Counted from the first letter of the stretch, positions 10,987-24,189 are shown. The stretch is 64,000 bases of DNA from Macrostomum hystrix (GCA_950097015.1 CATNEN010000002.1:2542001-2606000); one strand, 5' to 3'. The notes: generated by a model not told the origin, from the letters alone. Made by a program: numbers and translations.

Positions 10987-11050
10987 AGCTTAAAAAAGCT
11001 GAAAATACAGCTGCTAAAAAGTATATACAAGATGAATTAAAAATATTTCT

Positions 11051-11079
11051 GCTCCCCGAAGGGGGGCAAAACTTGCTAG
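11051..11079 (+). other. Helitron 3' terminus type beta (hairpin + CTAG); also ends at 15348, 18337, 28919, 59747
   Basis: GCTCCCC-GAA-GGGGGGC, then 8 nt, then CTAG. Confidence 0.85.
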
Positions 11080-11753
11080 TCTAATATACTAAAAATGAAA
11101 ATCTTGCTTGCTTGCTTGTAATTGATTTTCTCCCGAACGGCTCAACCGATTTTCACAATTTCTTCACCAAAAGATGCCAAATATGGGGACACATATACAC
11201 GTATTTTTTTTAAGCTTAATTCCATTGCCAAGTGGATTAAATATTCGAAAAACAGTTTTAAATAGGCTTTTCTAATGCATTCTTCTTTTCAGCTTGTGCA
11301 CAGTGAGGCTCCAGTGCCAATTTTAATGATTGCATCAGAGCCAGTTTTGATAACGAACTGATAAGAACTCACAGGGAGGCTACCCAGAGGGTAGCGAAGG
11401 CAGCTAGTCTAATATACTAAAAATGAAAATCTTGCTTGCTTGCTTGCTTGTTTGCAATCGACTAGCTCCCGAACGGCTCAACCGATTTTCGCAATTCCTT
11501 CGCCAAAAGATCACAAATGGGCCGGAATCGGTACACGTATTTTTATTAAGCTTAATTTCATTGCCAAGGGGATTAAATATTCGAAAAACTGTTTTAAATA
11601 GGCTTTTCTAATGCATTCTTGTTTTCAGCTTGTGCACAGTGAGGCCTCCAGTGCCAAATTTAATGATTGCATCAGAGCCTGCAGTTTTGATAACGCACGC
11701 GTACTGATAAGAACTCACAGGGAGGCTACCCAGAGGGTAGCGAAGGCAGCTAG
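11080..11753 (+). mobile_element. Two short Helitron-like units (11080-11407, 11408-11753)
   Basis: TCTAATATACTAAAAATGAAAATCTTG(CTTG)n ... GCTACCCAGAGGGTAGCGAAGGCAGCTAG. Confidence 0.88.
11379..11407 (+). other. Helitron 3' terminus type alpha (hairpin + CTAG); ends all 18 short units
   Basis: Perfect 7-bp stem GCTACCC-AGA-GGGTAGC, then 8 nt, then CTAG. Confidence 0.88.
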
Positions 11754-12352
11754 TCCACTATACTAAAAATGAAATGGTTGCTTGGTTGCTTGCTTGGTTG
11801 CTTGTAATTGATTTTCTCCCGAACGGCTCAACCGATTTTGACCATTTCTTCACTAAAATATGCCAAATATGGGCAGAATTTTACACGTATTTTTATTAAG
11901 CTGAACTTTATTGCTAAGGGGATTAAATATTCGAAAAACATTATTTTGTCAAAGGTCAAACCATCTTGGCCTATTGAGAATTTTACTCACTGCCACTGAA
12001 TTAGAATTGCATCGTCAAATTGCGCAACAACCCCTAGCTGATTGAATTTGAAGCCTGCACTCTGGAGACAAATTGAAAATAAATGTACACAACCAACCGC
12101 GAGACTGAGTGTACTCTATTTTCTTACTTCATTGTACAAAGCCAGAACTTTGAGAATTCATTTTATAAGGCTGATTTTTGCGACCACTAACCAACAGTCG
12201 GAATAGCCGATGTGTGAGCACTAGGAATAGGTTAGGCTAGGCTAGGGTTCGATTCTGCACTGCGTCAAATCATTTAGACTAATTTTCAGCCAGTAGTGAT
12301 TGAAGATTATTTTAATTTATTTTTTTCATTTCGTAAATAAAATATCATAAAT

Positions 12353-13318
12353 CATAGCAAACCTGAGTTTGTCAAAGAAAACCTGAGTTTGAATCATGGC
12401 TAAACCATAGTCTGAATCATGGCTAAACCAGAGTTTGAATCATGGCTAAACCAGAGTTTGAATCATGGCTAAACCAGAGTCTGAATCATGGCTAAACCAG
12501 AGTCTGAATCATGGCAAAACTGGAGTCTGAATCATGGCTAAACCAGAGTTTGAATCATGCCTAAACCAGAGTCTGAATCATGGCTACACCAGAGTCTGAA
12601 TCATGGCTAAACCAGAGTTTGAATCATAGCTAAACCAGAGTCTGAATCATGGCTAAACCAGAGTCTGAATCATTGCTACACCAGAGTCTGAATCATGGCT
12701 CATAGCTAAACCAGAGTCTGAATCATGGCTAAACCAGAGTCTGAATCATGGCTAAACCAGAGTCTGAATCATGGCTACACCAGAGTCTGAATCATGGCTA
12801 AACTAGATTCTGAATCATGGCTAAACCAGAGTCTGAATCATGGCAAAACCAGAGTTTGAATCATGGCTAAACCAGAGTTTGAATCATGGCTAAACCAGCG
12901 TTTGAATCATGGCTTAACCAGAGTTTGAATCATGGCTAAACCAGAGTTTGAATCATGGCTAAACCATAGTCTGAATCATGGCTAACCCAGCATTTGAATC
13001 ATGGCTAAACCAGCGTTTGAATCATGGCTAAACCAGAGTTTGAATCATGGCTAAACCAGAGTTTGAATCATGGCCAAACCAGAGTTTGAATCATGGCTAA
13101 CCCAGCATTTGAATCATGGCTAAACCAGCGTTTGAATCATGGCTAAACCAGAGTTTGAATCATGGCTAAACCAGAGTTTGAATCATGGCTAAACCAGAGC
13201 TTGAATCATGGCTAAACCAGAGCTTGAATCATGGCTAAACCAGAGTTTGAATCATGGCTAAACCAGAGCTTGAATCATGGCTAAACCAGAGTTTGAATCA
13301 TGGCAAAACCAGCGTTTG
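12353..13318 (+). repeat. Minisatellite A (23 bp)
   Basis: Direct inspection. Confidence 0.95.
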
Positions 13319-13328
13319 AAAAATCAAC

Positions 13329-15256
13329 GTCAACTGTGGAGTCATCCTCAAAATGGGGATCAAGGTAAACTGGGGGATAATCATCAACTGGAGGATCTTG
13401 GTAAACTGGGGGGATAATTGTCAACTGGGGGATCATTGTCAACTGGGGGATCATTGTGAACTGAGGGATCATTGTCAACTAGGGGGTAATGGTCAACTGG
13501 GGGATAATTGTCAACTGGGGAATCATCATCAAATGGGGGATCATGGTCAACTTGGGGATCATTGTCAACTCGGTGATCATCATCAACTGGGGATCATCAT
13601 CAACTGGGGGATCATCATCAACTGGGGGATCATTGTGAACTGGGGGATCTTTGTCAACTGTGGGATCATTGTCAACTGGGGGATCATTGTCAACTGGGGG
13701 ATCGTTGTCAACTGGGGGTTCATCGTCAACTGGGGGATCATTGTCAACTGTGGGATCATTGTCAACTGGGGGATCATTGTCAACTGGGGGATCATTGTCA
13801 ACTGGGGGTTCATTGTGAACTGGGGGATCTTTGTCAACTGGGGGATCATTGTCAACTGTGGGATCATTGTCAACTGGGGGATCATTGTCAACTGGGGGAT
13901 CATTGTCAACTGGGGGTTCATTGTCAACTGGGGGTTCATTGTCAACTGGGGGATCATTGTCAACTGGGGGATAATTGTCAACTGGGGGATCATTGTCAAA
14001 TGGAGGATCATTGTCAACTGGGGGATAATTGTCAACTGGGGGATAATTGTCACGGGGAAACATCACCAAATGCGGGATCATAATCAACTGGGGGATCATT
14101 GTCAACTAGGGGATCATGTTCAACTGGGGGAACATTGTCAACTGGGATCACCATCAATGGGGGATCATAGTCAACTGAGAGATAATTGTCGACTGGGGGA
14201 TAATCGTCAACTGGGGGATCATGGTCAACTGGAGGATCATTGTCAACGGGGGGATAATTGTCAACTGGGGGATAATTGTCAACTGGGGAGTCATCATCAA
14301 ATGCGGGATCATGGTCAACTGGGGGATAATTGTCAATGTCAACTGGGGGATCATTGTCAACTGGGAGATCATTGTCAATGTCAACTGGGGGATCATTGTC
14401 AACTGGGGATCATTGTAAACTGGGGGATCATTGTCAACTGGGGGATCATTGTCAACTGGGGGTTTATCATCACCCGGAGGATCATTGTGAACTGGGGGGA
14501 TCATTGTCAACTTGTTGATCATCATCAACTGGGGGATCATTGTCAACTTGTTGATCATCATCAACTGGGGGATCATTGTCAACTTGTTGATCATCATCAA
14601 CTGGGGGATCATTGTCAACTTGTTGATCATCATCAACTGGGGGATCATTGTCAACTTGTTGATCATCATCAACTGGGGGATCATTGTCAACTGTGGGAAC
14701 ATTGTCAACTGGGGGAACGTTGTCAACTGGAGATTATCATCAATGGGGAGTCATCATTAACTGGGGGATCATTGTCAACTGCGTGATCATCATCAATTGA
14801 GGGATTATTGTCAACTCGGGGATCATTATCAACTGTGGGAACATTGTCAACTGGGGATCATCATCAATGGGGAGTCATCATTAACTGGGGGATCATTGTC
14901 AACTGCGTGATCATCATCAATTGAGGGATTATTGTCAACTGGGGGATCATAATCAACTGCGTGATCATCATCAATTGGGGGATTATTGTCAACGGGGGGA
15001 TCATAATCAACTGCGTGATCATCATCAATTGGGGGATTATTGTCAACGGGGGGATCATTGTCAACTGGGGGATCATTGTCAACTGGGGGATCATTGTTAA
15101 CTGGGGGATCTTTATCAACTGGGGGATCATTGTCAACTGGGGGATCATTGTCAACTGGGGGATCTTTATCAACTGGGGGATCATTGTCAACTGGGGGATC
15201 ATTGTCAACTGGGGGATCTTTATCAACTGGGGGATCATTGTCAACTGATCATTGTA
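13329..15256 (+). repeat. Minisatellite B (18 bp)
   Basis: Direct inspection. Confidence 0.95.
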
Positions 15257-15956
15257 GCGTAAAAAGGCTGAAAATGCAGCTGCTAAAAAGTGTATACTGG
15301 ACGAATTAAAAATATTTCTGCTCCCCGAAGGGGGGCAAAACTTGCTAGTCCACTATACTAAAAATGAAATGGTTGCTTGCTTGGTTGGTTGGTTGCTTGT
15401 AATTGATTTACTCCCGAATGGCTCAACCGATTTTCACCATTTCTTCACCAAAAGATGCCAAATATGGGGACAATTTTACACGTATTTTTATTAAGCTTAA
15501 CTTTATTGGCAAGGGGATTAAATATTCGAAAAACATGTTTTTTGACCATTTCAAAGGTCAAACTATCTTGGCCTATTGAGAATTTCATTCACTGACTGCC
15601 ACTGAATTAGAATTGCATCGTCAAATTGCGCAACAACCCCTAGCTGATTGAATTTGAAGCCTGCACTCTGGAGACAAATTTGAAATAAATGTACACAACC
15701 AACTGCGAGACTGAGTGTACTCTATTTTCTTACTTCATTGTACAAAGCCAGAACTTTGAAAATTCATTTTATAAGGCTGATTTTTCACCCACTAACCAAC
15801 AGTCGGAATAGCCGATGTGTAGGCACTGGGAATAAGTTAGGCTAGGCTAGGGTTCGATTCTGCACTGCGTCAAATCATTTAGACGAATTTTTAGCCAGTA
15901 GTGATTGAAGATTATTTTAGTTTATTTTTTTCATTTCGTAAATAAAATATCATAAA

Positions 15957-17187
15957 TCATAGCAAACCAGAGTTTGAATCAGTGCAACAATACAGTTTGA
16001 ATCATGGCTAAACCAGAGTCTGAATCATGGCTAAACCATAGTCTGAATCATGGCTAAACCAGAGTTTGAATCATGGCTAAACCAGAGTTTGAATCATGGC
16101 TAAACCAGAGTTTGAATCATGGCTAAACCATAGTCTGAATCATGGCTAAACCAGAGTTTGAATCATGGCTAAACCAGCGTCTGAATCATGGCTAAACCAG
16201 AGTCTGAATCATGGCTAAACCAACGTTTGAATCATGGCTAAACCAGAGTTTGAATCAGTGCAACAATACAGTTTGAATCATGGCTAAACCAGAGTCTGAA
16301 TCATGGCTAAACCATAGTCTGAATCATGGCTAAACCAGAGTTTGAATCATGGCTAAACCAGAGTTTGAATCATGGCTAAACCAGAGTTTGAATCATGGCT
16401 AAACCATAGTCTGAATCATGGCTAAACCAGAGTTTGAATCATGGCTAAACCAGCGTCTGAATCATGGCTAAACCAGAGTCTGAATCATGGCTAAACCAAC
16501 GTTTGAATCATGGCTAAACCAGAGTTTGAATCATGGCTAAACCAGCGTCTGAATCATGGCTAAACCAGAGTCTGAATCATGGCTAAACCAGAGTCTGAAT
16601 CATGGCTAAACCATAGTCTGAATCATGGCAAAATCAGAGTTTGAATCATGGCTAAACCAGAGTTTGAATCATGGCTAAACCAGAGTTTGAATCATGGCTA
16701 AACCAGAGTCTGAATCATGGCTTAACCAGAGTTTGAATCATGGCTAAACCAGCGTCTGAATCATGGCTAAACCAGAGTCTGAATCATGGCTAAACCAGAG
16801 TCTGAATCATGGCTAAACCATAGTCTGAATCATGGCTAAACCAGAGTCTGAATCATGGCTAAACCAGAGTCTGAATCATGGCTAAACCAGAGTCTGAATC
16901 ATGGCTAAACCATAGTCTGAATCATGGCTAAACCAGAGTTTGAATCATAGCCAACCAGAGTTTGAATCATAGCCAACCAGAGTTTGAATCATAGCCAACC
17001 AGAGTTTGAATCATGGCCAAAAACCAGAGTTTGAATCATAGCCAACCAGAGTTTGAATCATAGCCAACCAGAGTTTGAATCATAGTCAACCAGAGTCTGA
17101 ATCATGGCAAAACGAGAGTTTGAATCATAGCCCACCAGGGTTTAAAACGTGGCGAAATATGAGTTTGAATCTTGGCTTACCCAGCGT
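15957..17187 (+). repeat. Minisatellite A (23 bp) with a 276-bp (12-monomer) duplication
   Basis: Marker AGTGCAACAATACAG at 15981 and 16257. Confidence 0.93.
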
Positions 17188-17200
17188 TTGAAAAATCAAC

Positions 17201-18245
17201 GTCAACTGGGGAGTCATCATCAAAATGGGGATCATGGCAAACTGGGGGATAATCGTCAACTGGGGGATCATGGTAAACTGGGGGATAATTGTCAAGTGGG
17301 GAATCATCATCAAATGGGGGATCATGGTCAACTTGGGGATCATTGTCAACTGGGTGATCATCATCAACTGGGGATCATCATCAACTGGGGGATCATCATC
17401 AACTGGGGGTTCATTGTCAACTGTGGGATCATTGTCAACCGGCGGGATCATTGTCAACTGTGGGATCATTGTCAACTGGGGGATCATTGTCAACTGGGGG
17501 ACCATTGTCAACTGGGGGATCATTGTCAACTGGGGGGTAATGTTCAACTGGGGGATAATTGTCAACTGGGTAATCATCATCAAATGGGGGATCATGGTCA
17601 ACTTGGGGATCATTGTCAACTGGGTGATCATCATCAACTGGGGGATCATCATCAACTGGGGGATCGTTGTCAACTGGGGGTTCATTGTCAACTGTGGGAT
17701 CATTGTCAAGTGGGGGATCATTGTCAACTCGGGGATCATTGTCAACTGGGGGATCATTGTCAATTGGGGGAACATTGTCAACTGGAAGAACCTTGTTAAC
17801 TGGGGATCGTCATCAATGGGGAGTCATCATCAACTGGGGGATCATTGTGAACTGGAGTATCATTTTCAACTGGGGGATCATTGTCAACTCGGGGGATCAT
17901 TGTCAACTGGTGGATCGTTGTCAACTGGGGGATCGTTGTCAACTGGGGGTTCATTGTCAACTGGGGGATCATTGTCAACTGGGGGATCATTGTCAACTGG
18001 GGGATCGTTGTCAACTGGGGTTCATTGTCAACTGGGGGATCATTGTCAACTGTGCGATCATTTTCAACTGGGGGATAATTGTCAACTGGGGGATCATTGT
18101 CAACTGGGGGTTCATTGTCAACTGGGGGTTCATTGTCAACTGGGGGATCATTGTCAACTGGGGGATCATTGTCAACTGGGGGATCATCATCAACTAGGGG
18201 ATCATCATTAACTCGGGAATCATTGTCAACTGGGGGTTCATTGTA
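17201..18245 (+). repeat. Minisatellite B (18 bp)
   Basis: Direct inspection. Confidence 0.95.
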
Positions 18246-18337
18246 GCTTTAAAAAGCTGTAAATTCAGCTGCTAAAAAGTATATACTAGACGAATTAAAA
18301 GTATTTCTGCTCCCCGAAGAGGGGCAAAACTTGCTAG

Positions 18338-19858
18338 TCTTAATATACTAAAAATGAAAATCTTGCTTGCTTGCTTGCTTGCTTGTTTGCAATCGACTAG
18401 CTCCCGAACGGCTTAACCGATTTTCACAATTCCTTCGCCAAAAGATCACAAATGGGCCCGAATCGGTACACGTATTTTTATTAAGCTTAATTCCATTGCC
18501 AAGGGGATTAAATATTCGAAAAACTGTTTTAAATAGGCTTTTCTAATGCATTCTTGTTTTCAGCTTGTGCACAGTGAGGCTTCCAGTGCCAAATTTAATG
18601 ATTGCATCAGAGCCAGTTTTGATAACGCACGCGCGTACTGATAAGAACTCACAGGGAGGCTACCCAGAGGGTAGCGAAGGCAGCTAGTCTTTCTATTATA
18701 CTAAAAATGAAAATCTTGTATGTTTGCAATCGACTAGCTCCCGAACGGCTCAACCGATTTTCGCAATTCCTTCACCAAAAGATCACAAATAGGCCGGAAT
18801 CGGTACACGTATTTTTATTAAGCTTAATTCCATTGCCAAGGGGATTAAATATTCGAAAAACAGTTTTAAATAGGCTTTTCTAATGCATTCTTGTTTTCAG
18901 CTTGTGCACAGTGAGGCTCCAGTGCCAACTTTAATGATTGCATCAGAGCCAGTTTTGATAACGAACTGATAAGAACTCCAGTGAGGCTACCCAGAGGGTA
19001 GCGAAGGCAGCTAGTCTAATATACTAAAAATGAAAATCTTGCTTGTCTTCTATCTAATATACTAAAAATGAAAATCTTGCTTGCTTGCTTGCTTGTTTGC
19101 AATCGACTAGCTCCCGAACGGCTTAACCGATTTTCAAAATTCTTTCACTAAAAGATCGCAATCTATCTAATATACTAAAAATGAAAATCTTGTATGTTTG
19201 TATGTTTGTATGTTTGCAATCGACTAGCTCCCGAACGGCTCAACCGATTTTCGCAATTCCTTCGTTAAAAGATCACAAATGGGCCGGAATCGGTACACGT
19301 ATTTTTATTAAGCTTAATTTCATTGCCAAGGGGATTAAATATTCAAAAAACTGTTTTAAATAGGCTTTTCTAATGCATTCTTGTTTTCAGCTTGTGCACA
19401 GTGAGGCTCCAGTGCCAATTTTAATGATTGCATCAGAGCCAGTTTTGATAACGAACTGATAAGAACTCACAGGGAGGCTACCCAGAGGGTAGCGAAGGCA
19501 GCTAGTCTAATATACTAAAAATGAAAATCTTGCTTGCTTGCTTGCTTGCTTGTATGTTTGCAATCGACTAGCTCCCGAACGGCTCAACCGATTTTCAAAA
19601 TTCCTTCGCCAAAAGATCACAAATGGGCCGGAATCGGTACACGTAATTTTATTAAGCTTAATTCCATTGGCAAGGGGATTAAATATTCGAAAAACAGTTT
19701 TAAATAGGCTTTTCTAATGCATTCTTGTTTTCAGCTTGTGCACAGTGAGGCCTCCAGTGCCAATTTTAATGATTGCATCAGAGCCAGTTTTGATAACGCA
19801 CGCGCGTACTGATAAGAACTCACAGGGAGGCTACCCAGAGGGTAGCGAAGGCAGCTAG
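18338..19858 (+). mobile_element. Run of four short Helitron-like units plus two truncated 5' stubs (19015-19161)
   Basis: Units at 18338-18687, 18688-19014, 19162-19505 and 19506-19858. Stubs start at 19015 and ~19049. Confidence 0.85.
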
Positions 19859-20606
19859 TCTATATAACTAAAGATGAAAACTATCTATATATATATATGT
19901 ATGCGCGATCGATTTTCTCAAAAACGGCTTAACTGATTTTCACTATTTCTTCACCAAAAGATGCCAAATATGGGGACAATTATACACGTATTTTTATTAA
20001 GCTTAAATTTATTGCTAAAGGGATTTAATATTCGAAAAACTGTTTTAGATAGGATTTTTAATGCATTCAATCAGAGCCAGTTTTGTCAACGTGCACACCA
20101 CTGCCAATTTTAATGATTGCATCAGGGCCAGTTTTGTTAAAAGTGAGTACACTGATAAGAATTTCACTGTGTCAACCCCACTGGCGAGACAGTCAGTGCG
20201 AATTTATTTATAAATAGATTGCATCACATCTTTTCACACCCATGTCAGAATTTCACTGACTGCCGCTAAATTGGAATTGCATCGTCAACTTGCGCAACAC
20301 TCCCTAGCTGACTGAGTTAGAAGCCTGCACGATCTGGACAGAACCTATAAGTGTACTCTATTTGTACAAAGCCAGAACTTTGAGAATTCATTTTATAAGG
20401 CTAATTTTTGCCTCCACAATCCAACAGTCGGAGTAGCCGATGTGTAGGCACTAGGAATAGGTTAGGCTAGGCAAGGCGAAGTGTCCTTGGTTCGACTCTG
20501 CACTGCGTCAAATATTTGAAATAATTTTCAGTCAGTAGTGATGGATGCAAAGCAAATTTTTTAATTTTAATTTTGGAAATAAGTGGGAAATTTTTAATTC
20601 CCTTAT

Positions 20607-21263
20607 GCCAACCCAGAGTTTGAATCATGGCTAAACCCGAGTTTGAATCAAGGCTAACCCAGAGTTTTAATCATGGCTAAACCAGAGTTTGAATCATGGC
20701 TAAACAAGCGTCTGAATCATGGCTAAACCAGAGACTAAATCATGGCTACACCAGGGTTTGAATCATGGCTAAACCAGAGACTAAATGATGGCTACACCAG
20801 AGTTTGAATCATGGCTAAACCAGAGACTAAATCATGGCTACACCAGGGTTTGAATCATGGCTAAACCAGAGACTAAATGATGGCTACACCAGGGTTTGAA
20901 TCATGGCTAAACCAGAGACTAAATGATGGCTACACCAGAGATTGAATCATAGCTAAACAAGCGTCTGAATCATGGCTAAACCAGAGTTTGAATCATGGCT
21001 AAACCAGAGTTTGAATCATGGCTAAACAAGAGTTTGAACCATGGCTAAACCAGAGTTTGAACCATGGCTAAACCAGAGTTTGAATCATGGCTAAACCAGC
21101 GTTTGAATCATGGCTAAACCAGAGCTTGAATCATGGCAAAACCAGAGTTTGAATCATAGCCAACCAGAGTCTGAATCATGGCAAAACGAGAGTTTGAATC
21201 ATAGCCCACCAGGGTTTAAAACATGGCGAAATCTGAGTTTGAATCTTGGCTTCCCCAGCGTTT
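20607..21263 (+). repeat. Minisatellite A (23 bp), same variant order as 8249-8905
   Basis: Direct comparison. Confidence 0.93.
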
Positions 21264-21353
21264 GAAAAATCAACGTCAACTGGGGAGTCATCATCAAATG
21301 GGGGATCATGGTGAACTTGGGGATCATTGTCAACTGGGTGATCATTATCAACT

Positions 21354-23822
21354 ATTCTATCAATGCTGAGCCTAGATAACTATCAATGCTGAGCCTAGAT
21401 AACTATCAATGCTGAGCCTGGATAGCTATCAATGCTGAGCCTAGACAAATATCAATGCTGAGCCTGGATAGCTATCAATGCTGAGCCTAGACAAATATCA
21501 ATGCTGAGCCTGGATAGCTATCAATGCTGAGCCTAGATAAATTGATAGCTATCCAGGCTCAGCATTGATATTTATCTAGGCTCAGCATTGATAGCTATCC
21601 AGGCTCAGCATTGATATTTGTCTAGGCTCAGCATTGATAGCTATCCAGGCTCAGCATTGATAGTTATCTAGGCTCAGCATTGATAGTTATCTAGGCTCAG
21701 CATTGATAGAAATCTAGGCACAGCATCGATAGTTATCTAGGCTCAGCATTGATAGTTATCTAGGCTCAGCATTGATAGTTATCTAGGCTCAGCATTGATA
21801 GTTATCTAGGCACAGCATTGATATTAATCTAGGCTCAGCATTGATAGTTATCTAGGCACAGCATTGATATTTATCTAGGCTCAGCATTGATAGCTATCCA
21901 GGCTCAGCATTGATAGAAATCTAGGCACAGCATCGAAAGTTATCTAGGCTCAGCATTGATAGTTATCTAGGCTCAGCATTGATAGTTATCTAGGCTCAGC
22001 ATTGATAGTTATCTAGGCTCAGCATTGATAGAAATCTAGGCGCAGCATTGATATTTATCTAGGCTCAGCATTGATAGTTATCTAGGCTCAGCATTGATAG
22101 TTATCTAGGCTCAGCATTGATAGTTATCTAGGCTCAGCATTGATATTTATCTAGGCTCAGCATTGATAGTTATCTAGGCTCAGCATTGATAGTTATCTAG
22201 GCACAGCATTGATATTTATCTAGGCTCAGCATTGATAGCTATCCAGGCTCAGCATTGATAGAAATCTAGGCACAGCATCGATAGTTATCTAGGCTCAGCA
22301 TTGATAGTTATCTAGGCTCAGCATTGATAGTTATCTAGGCTCAGCATTGATAGTTATCTAGGCTCAGCATTGATAGAAATCTAGGCGCAGCATTGATATT
22401 TATCTAGGCTCAGCATTGATAGTCATCTAGGCTCAGCATTGATAGTTATCTAGGCTCAGCATTGATAGTTATCTAGGCTCAGCATTGATATTTATCTAGG
22501 CTCAGCATTGATAGTTATCTAGGCTCAGCATTGATAGTTATCTAGGCTCAGCATTGATAGTTATCTAGGCTCAGCATTGATAGTTATCTAGGCTCAGCAT
22601 CGATATTTATCTAGGCACAGCATCGATAGTTATCTAGGCTCAGCATTGATAGTTATCTAGGCTCAGCATTGATAGTTATCTAGGCTCAGCATTGATAGTT
22701 ATCTAGGCTCAGCATTGATAGAAATCTAGGCGCAGCATTGATATTTATCTAGGCTCAGCATTGATAGTTATCTAGGCTCAGCATTGATAGAAATCTAGGC
22801 ACAGCATTGATATTTATCTAGGCCCAGCATTGATATTTATCTAGGCTCAGCATTGATAGTTATCTAGGCTCAGCATTGATAGTTATCTAGGCTCAGCATT
22901 GATAGTTATCTAGGCTCAGCATTGATAGTTATCTAGGCACAGCATCGATAGTTATCTAGGCTCAGCATTGATAGTTATCTAGGCTCAGCATTGATAGTTA
23001 TCTAGGCTCAGCATTGATATTTATCTAGGCTCAGCATTGATAGTTATCTAGGCTCAGCATTGATAGTTATCTAGGCTCAGCATTGATAGTTATCTAGGCT
23101 CAGCATTGATAGTTATCTAGGCTCAGCATTGATATTTATCTAGGCACAGCATCGATAGTTATCTAGGCTCAGCATTGATAGTTATCTAGGCTCAGCATTG
23201 ATAGTTATCTAGGCTCAGCATTGATAGTTATCTAGGCTCAGCATTGATAGAAATCTAGGCTCAGCATTGATAGAAATCTAGGCGCAGCATTGATATTTAT
23301 CTAGGCTCAGCATTGATAGAAATCTAGGCTCAGCATGGATAGTTATCTAGGCCCAGAATGGATAGATTGCTAGGCTCAGAATCGATAGAAAACTAGGCTC
23401 AGAATCTATAAATATCTAAGCTCAACATTTTTATAGACATCTAGGCTCAGCATTGATAGATATCCAAGCTCAGAATTGATAGATTTCAATGGTTCAGAAT
23501 CGATAGAAAACTAGGCACAGGATTGATAGTTATCTAGGCTCAACATTTTTATAGATATTAAGGCTCAGCGTGATAGTTATGTAGGCTCAACATTTTTATA
23601 GATATCTTGGCTCAGCATTGATAGTTATCTAGGCACATCATTGATAGTTAACTAGGCTCAGCATGGATAGTTATCTAGGCCCAGAATGGATAGATTACTA
23701 GGCTCAGAATCGATAGAAAGCTAGGCTCAGAATCTATAAATATCTAGGCTCAACATTTTTATAGACATCTAGGCTCAGCATTGATAGATATCCAAGCTCA
23801 GAATTGATAGGTTCCAAGGGCC
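21354..23822. repeat. Minisatellite C, 23-bp unit CTAGGCTCAGCATTGATAGTTAT (first ~187 bp in reverse orientation)
   Basis: Direct inspection. The right edge is degenerate. Confidence 0.95.
21355..21711. repeat. Fold-back inverted repeat: 171-bp arms (21355-21525 and 21541-21711) with a 15-nt spacer
   Basis: The reverse complement of the left arm matches the right arm, including the order of monomer variants. I saw one mismatch. Confidence 0.88.
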
Positions 23823-23826
23823 TAGG

Positions 23827-24180
23827 AACAGTATTCTAAATGTGTTTAACAGTTTTCTAAATGTGTTTGCCAGTATTCTAAATGTGTTTAAAAGTTTTCT
23901 AAAAGTGTTTTTTATGTGTTTAACAGTATTCTAAATGTGTTTACCAGTATTTTACGTGTTTAACAGTTTTCTAAATGTGTTTAACAGTATTCTAAAAGTG
24001 TTTAACCGTTTTCTAAATATGTTTATCAGTTTTTTCAATTGTGCTTACCAGTTTTCTAAATGTTTTTACAGTTTTCGTAACGTGTTTAGCATCTTTTAAA
24101 TTTTTTCTAAATTTTTTTAAAAATTTCTATATTTTACCACTTTTGTTAATGCGTTTTAAAGTTTTTAAATATGTTGAACG
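23827..24180 (+). repeat. Degenerate AT-rich 21-bp minisatellite, unit ~AACAGTATTCTAAATGTGTTT
   Basis: Direct inspection; decays rightwards. Confidence 0.8.
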
Positions 24181-24189
24181 GTTAATAAT

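Larger units (their letters stand above)
7501..11079 (+). mobile_element. Long Helitron-like unit 1 (5' type c, satellite A + satellite B cargo, 3' hairpin beta)
   Basis: Starts A|TCTATATAACTAAAGATG with (TA)n. Ends GCTCCCCGAAGGGGGGCAAAACTTGCTAG. Confidence 0.85.
11754..15348 (+). mobile_element. Long Helitron-like unit (5' type b, satellite A + satellite B, 3' beta)
   Basis: Starts TCCACTATACTAAAAATGAAATGG(TTGC/TTGG)n and ends with beta hairpin + CTAG. Confidence 0.85.
15349..18337 (+). mobile_element. Long Helitron-like unit (5' type b, satellite A + satellite B, 3' beta)
   Basis: Same architecture as 11754-15348. The hairpin carries one variant base (GCTCCCCGAAGAGGGGC). Confidence 0.85.

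Noticed and set aside
11379-11407. Rho-independent terminator reading of the GC hairpins
   Set aside because: No U-tract follows, the context is eukaryotic, and the fixed distance to CTAG fits a Helitron end.
8841-18211. Long ORFs of QLGDHC, NWGIIV, TMIPQL and VDNDPP repeats (up to 477 aa), also at 57943-59708
   Set aside because: These are translations of the 18-bp satellite B, which is largely stop-free in several frames on both strands. The ORFs overlap, switch frame arbitrarily and have no unique domain or splice context.
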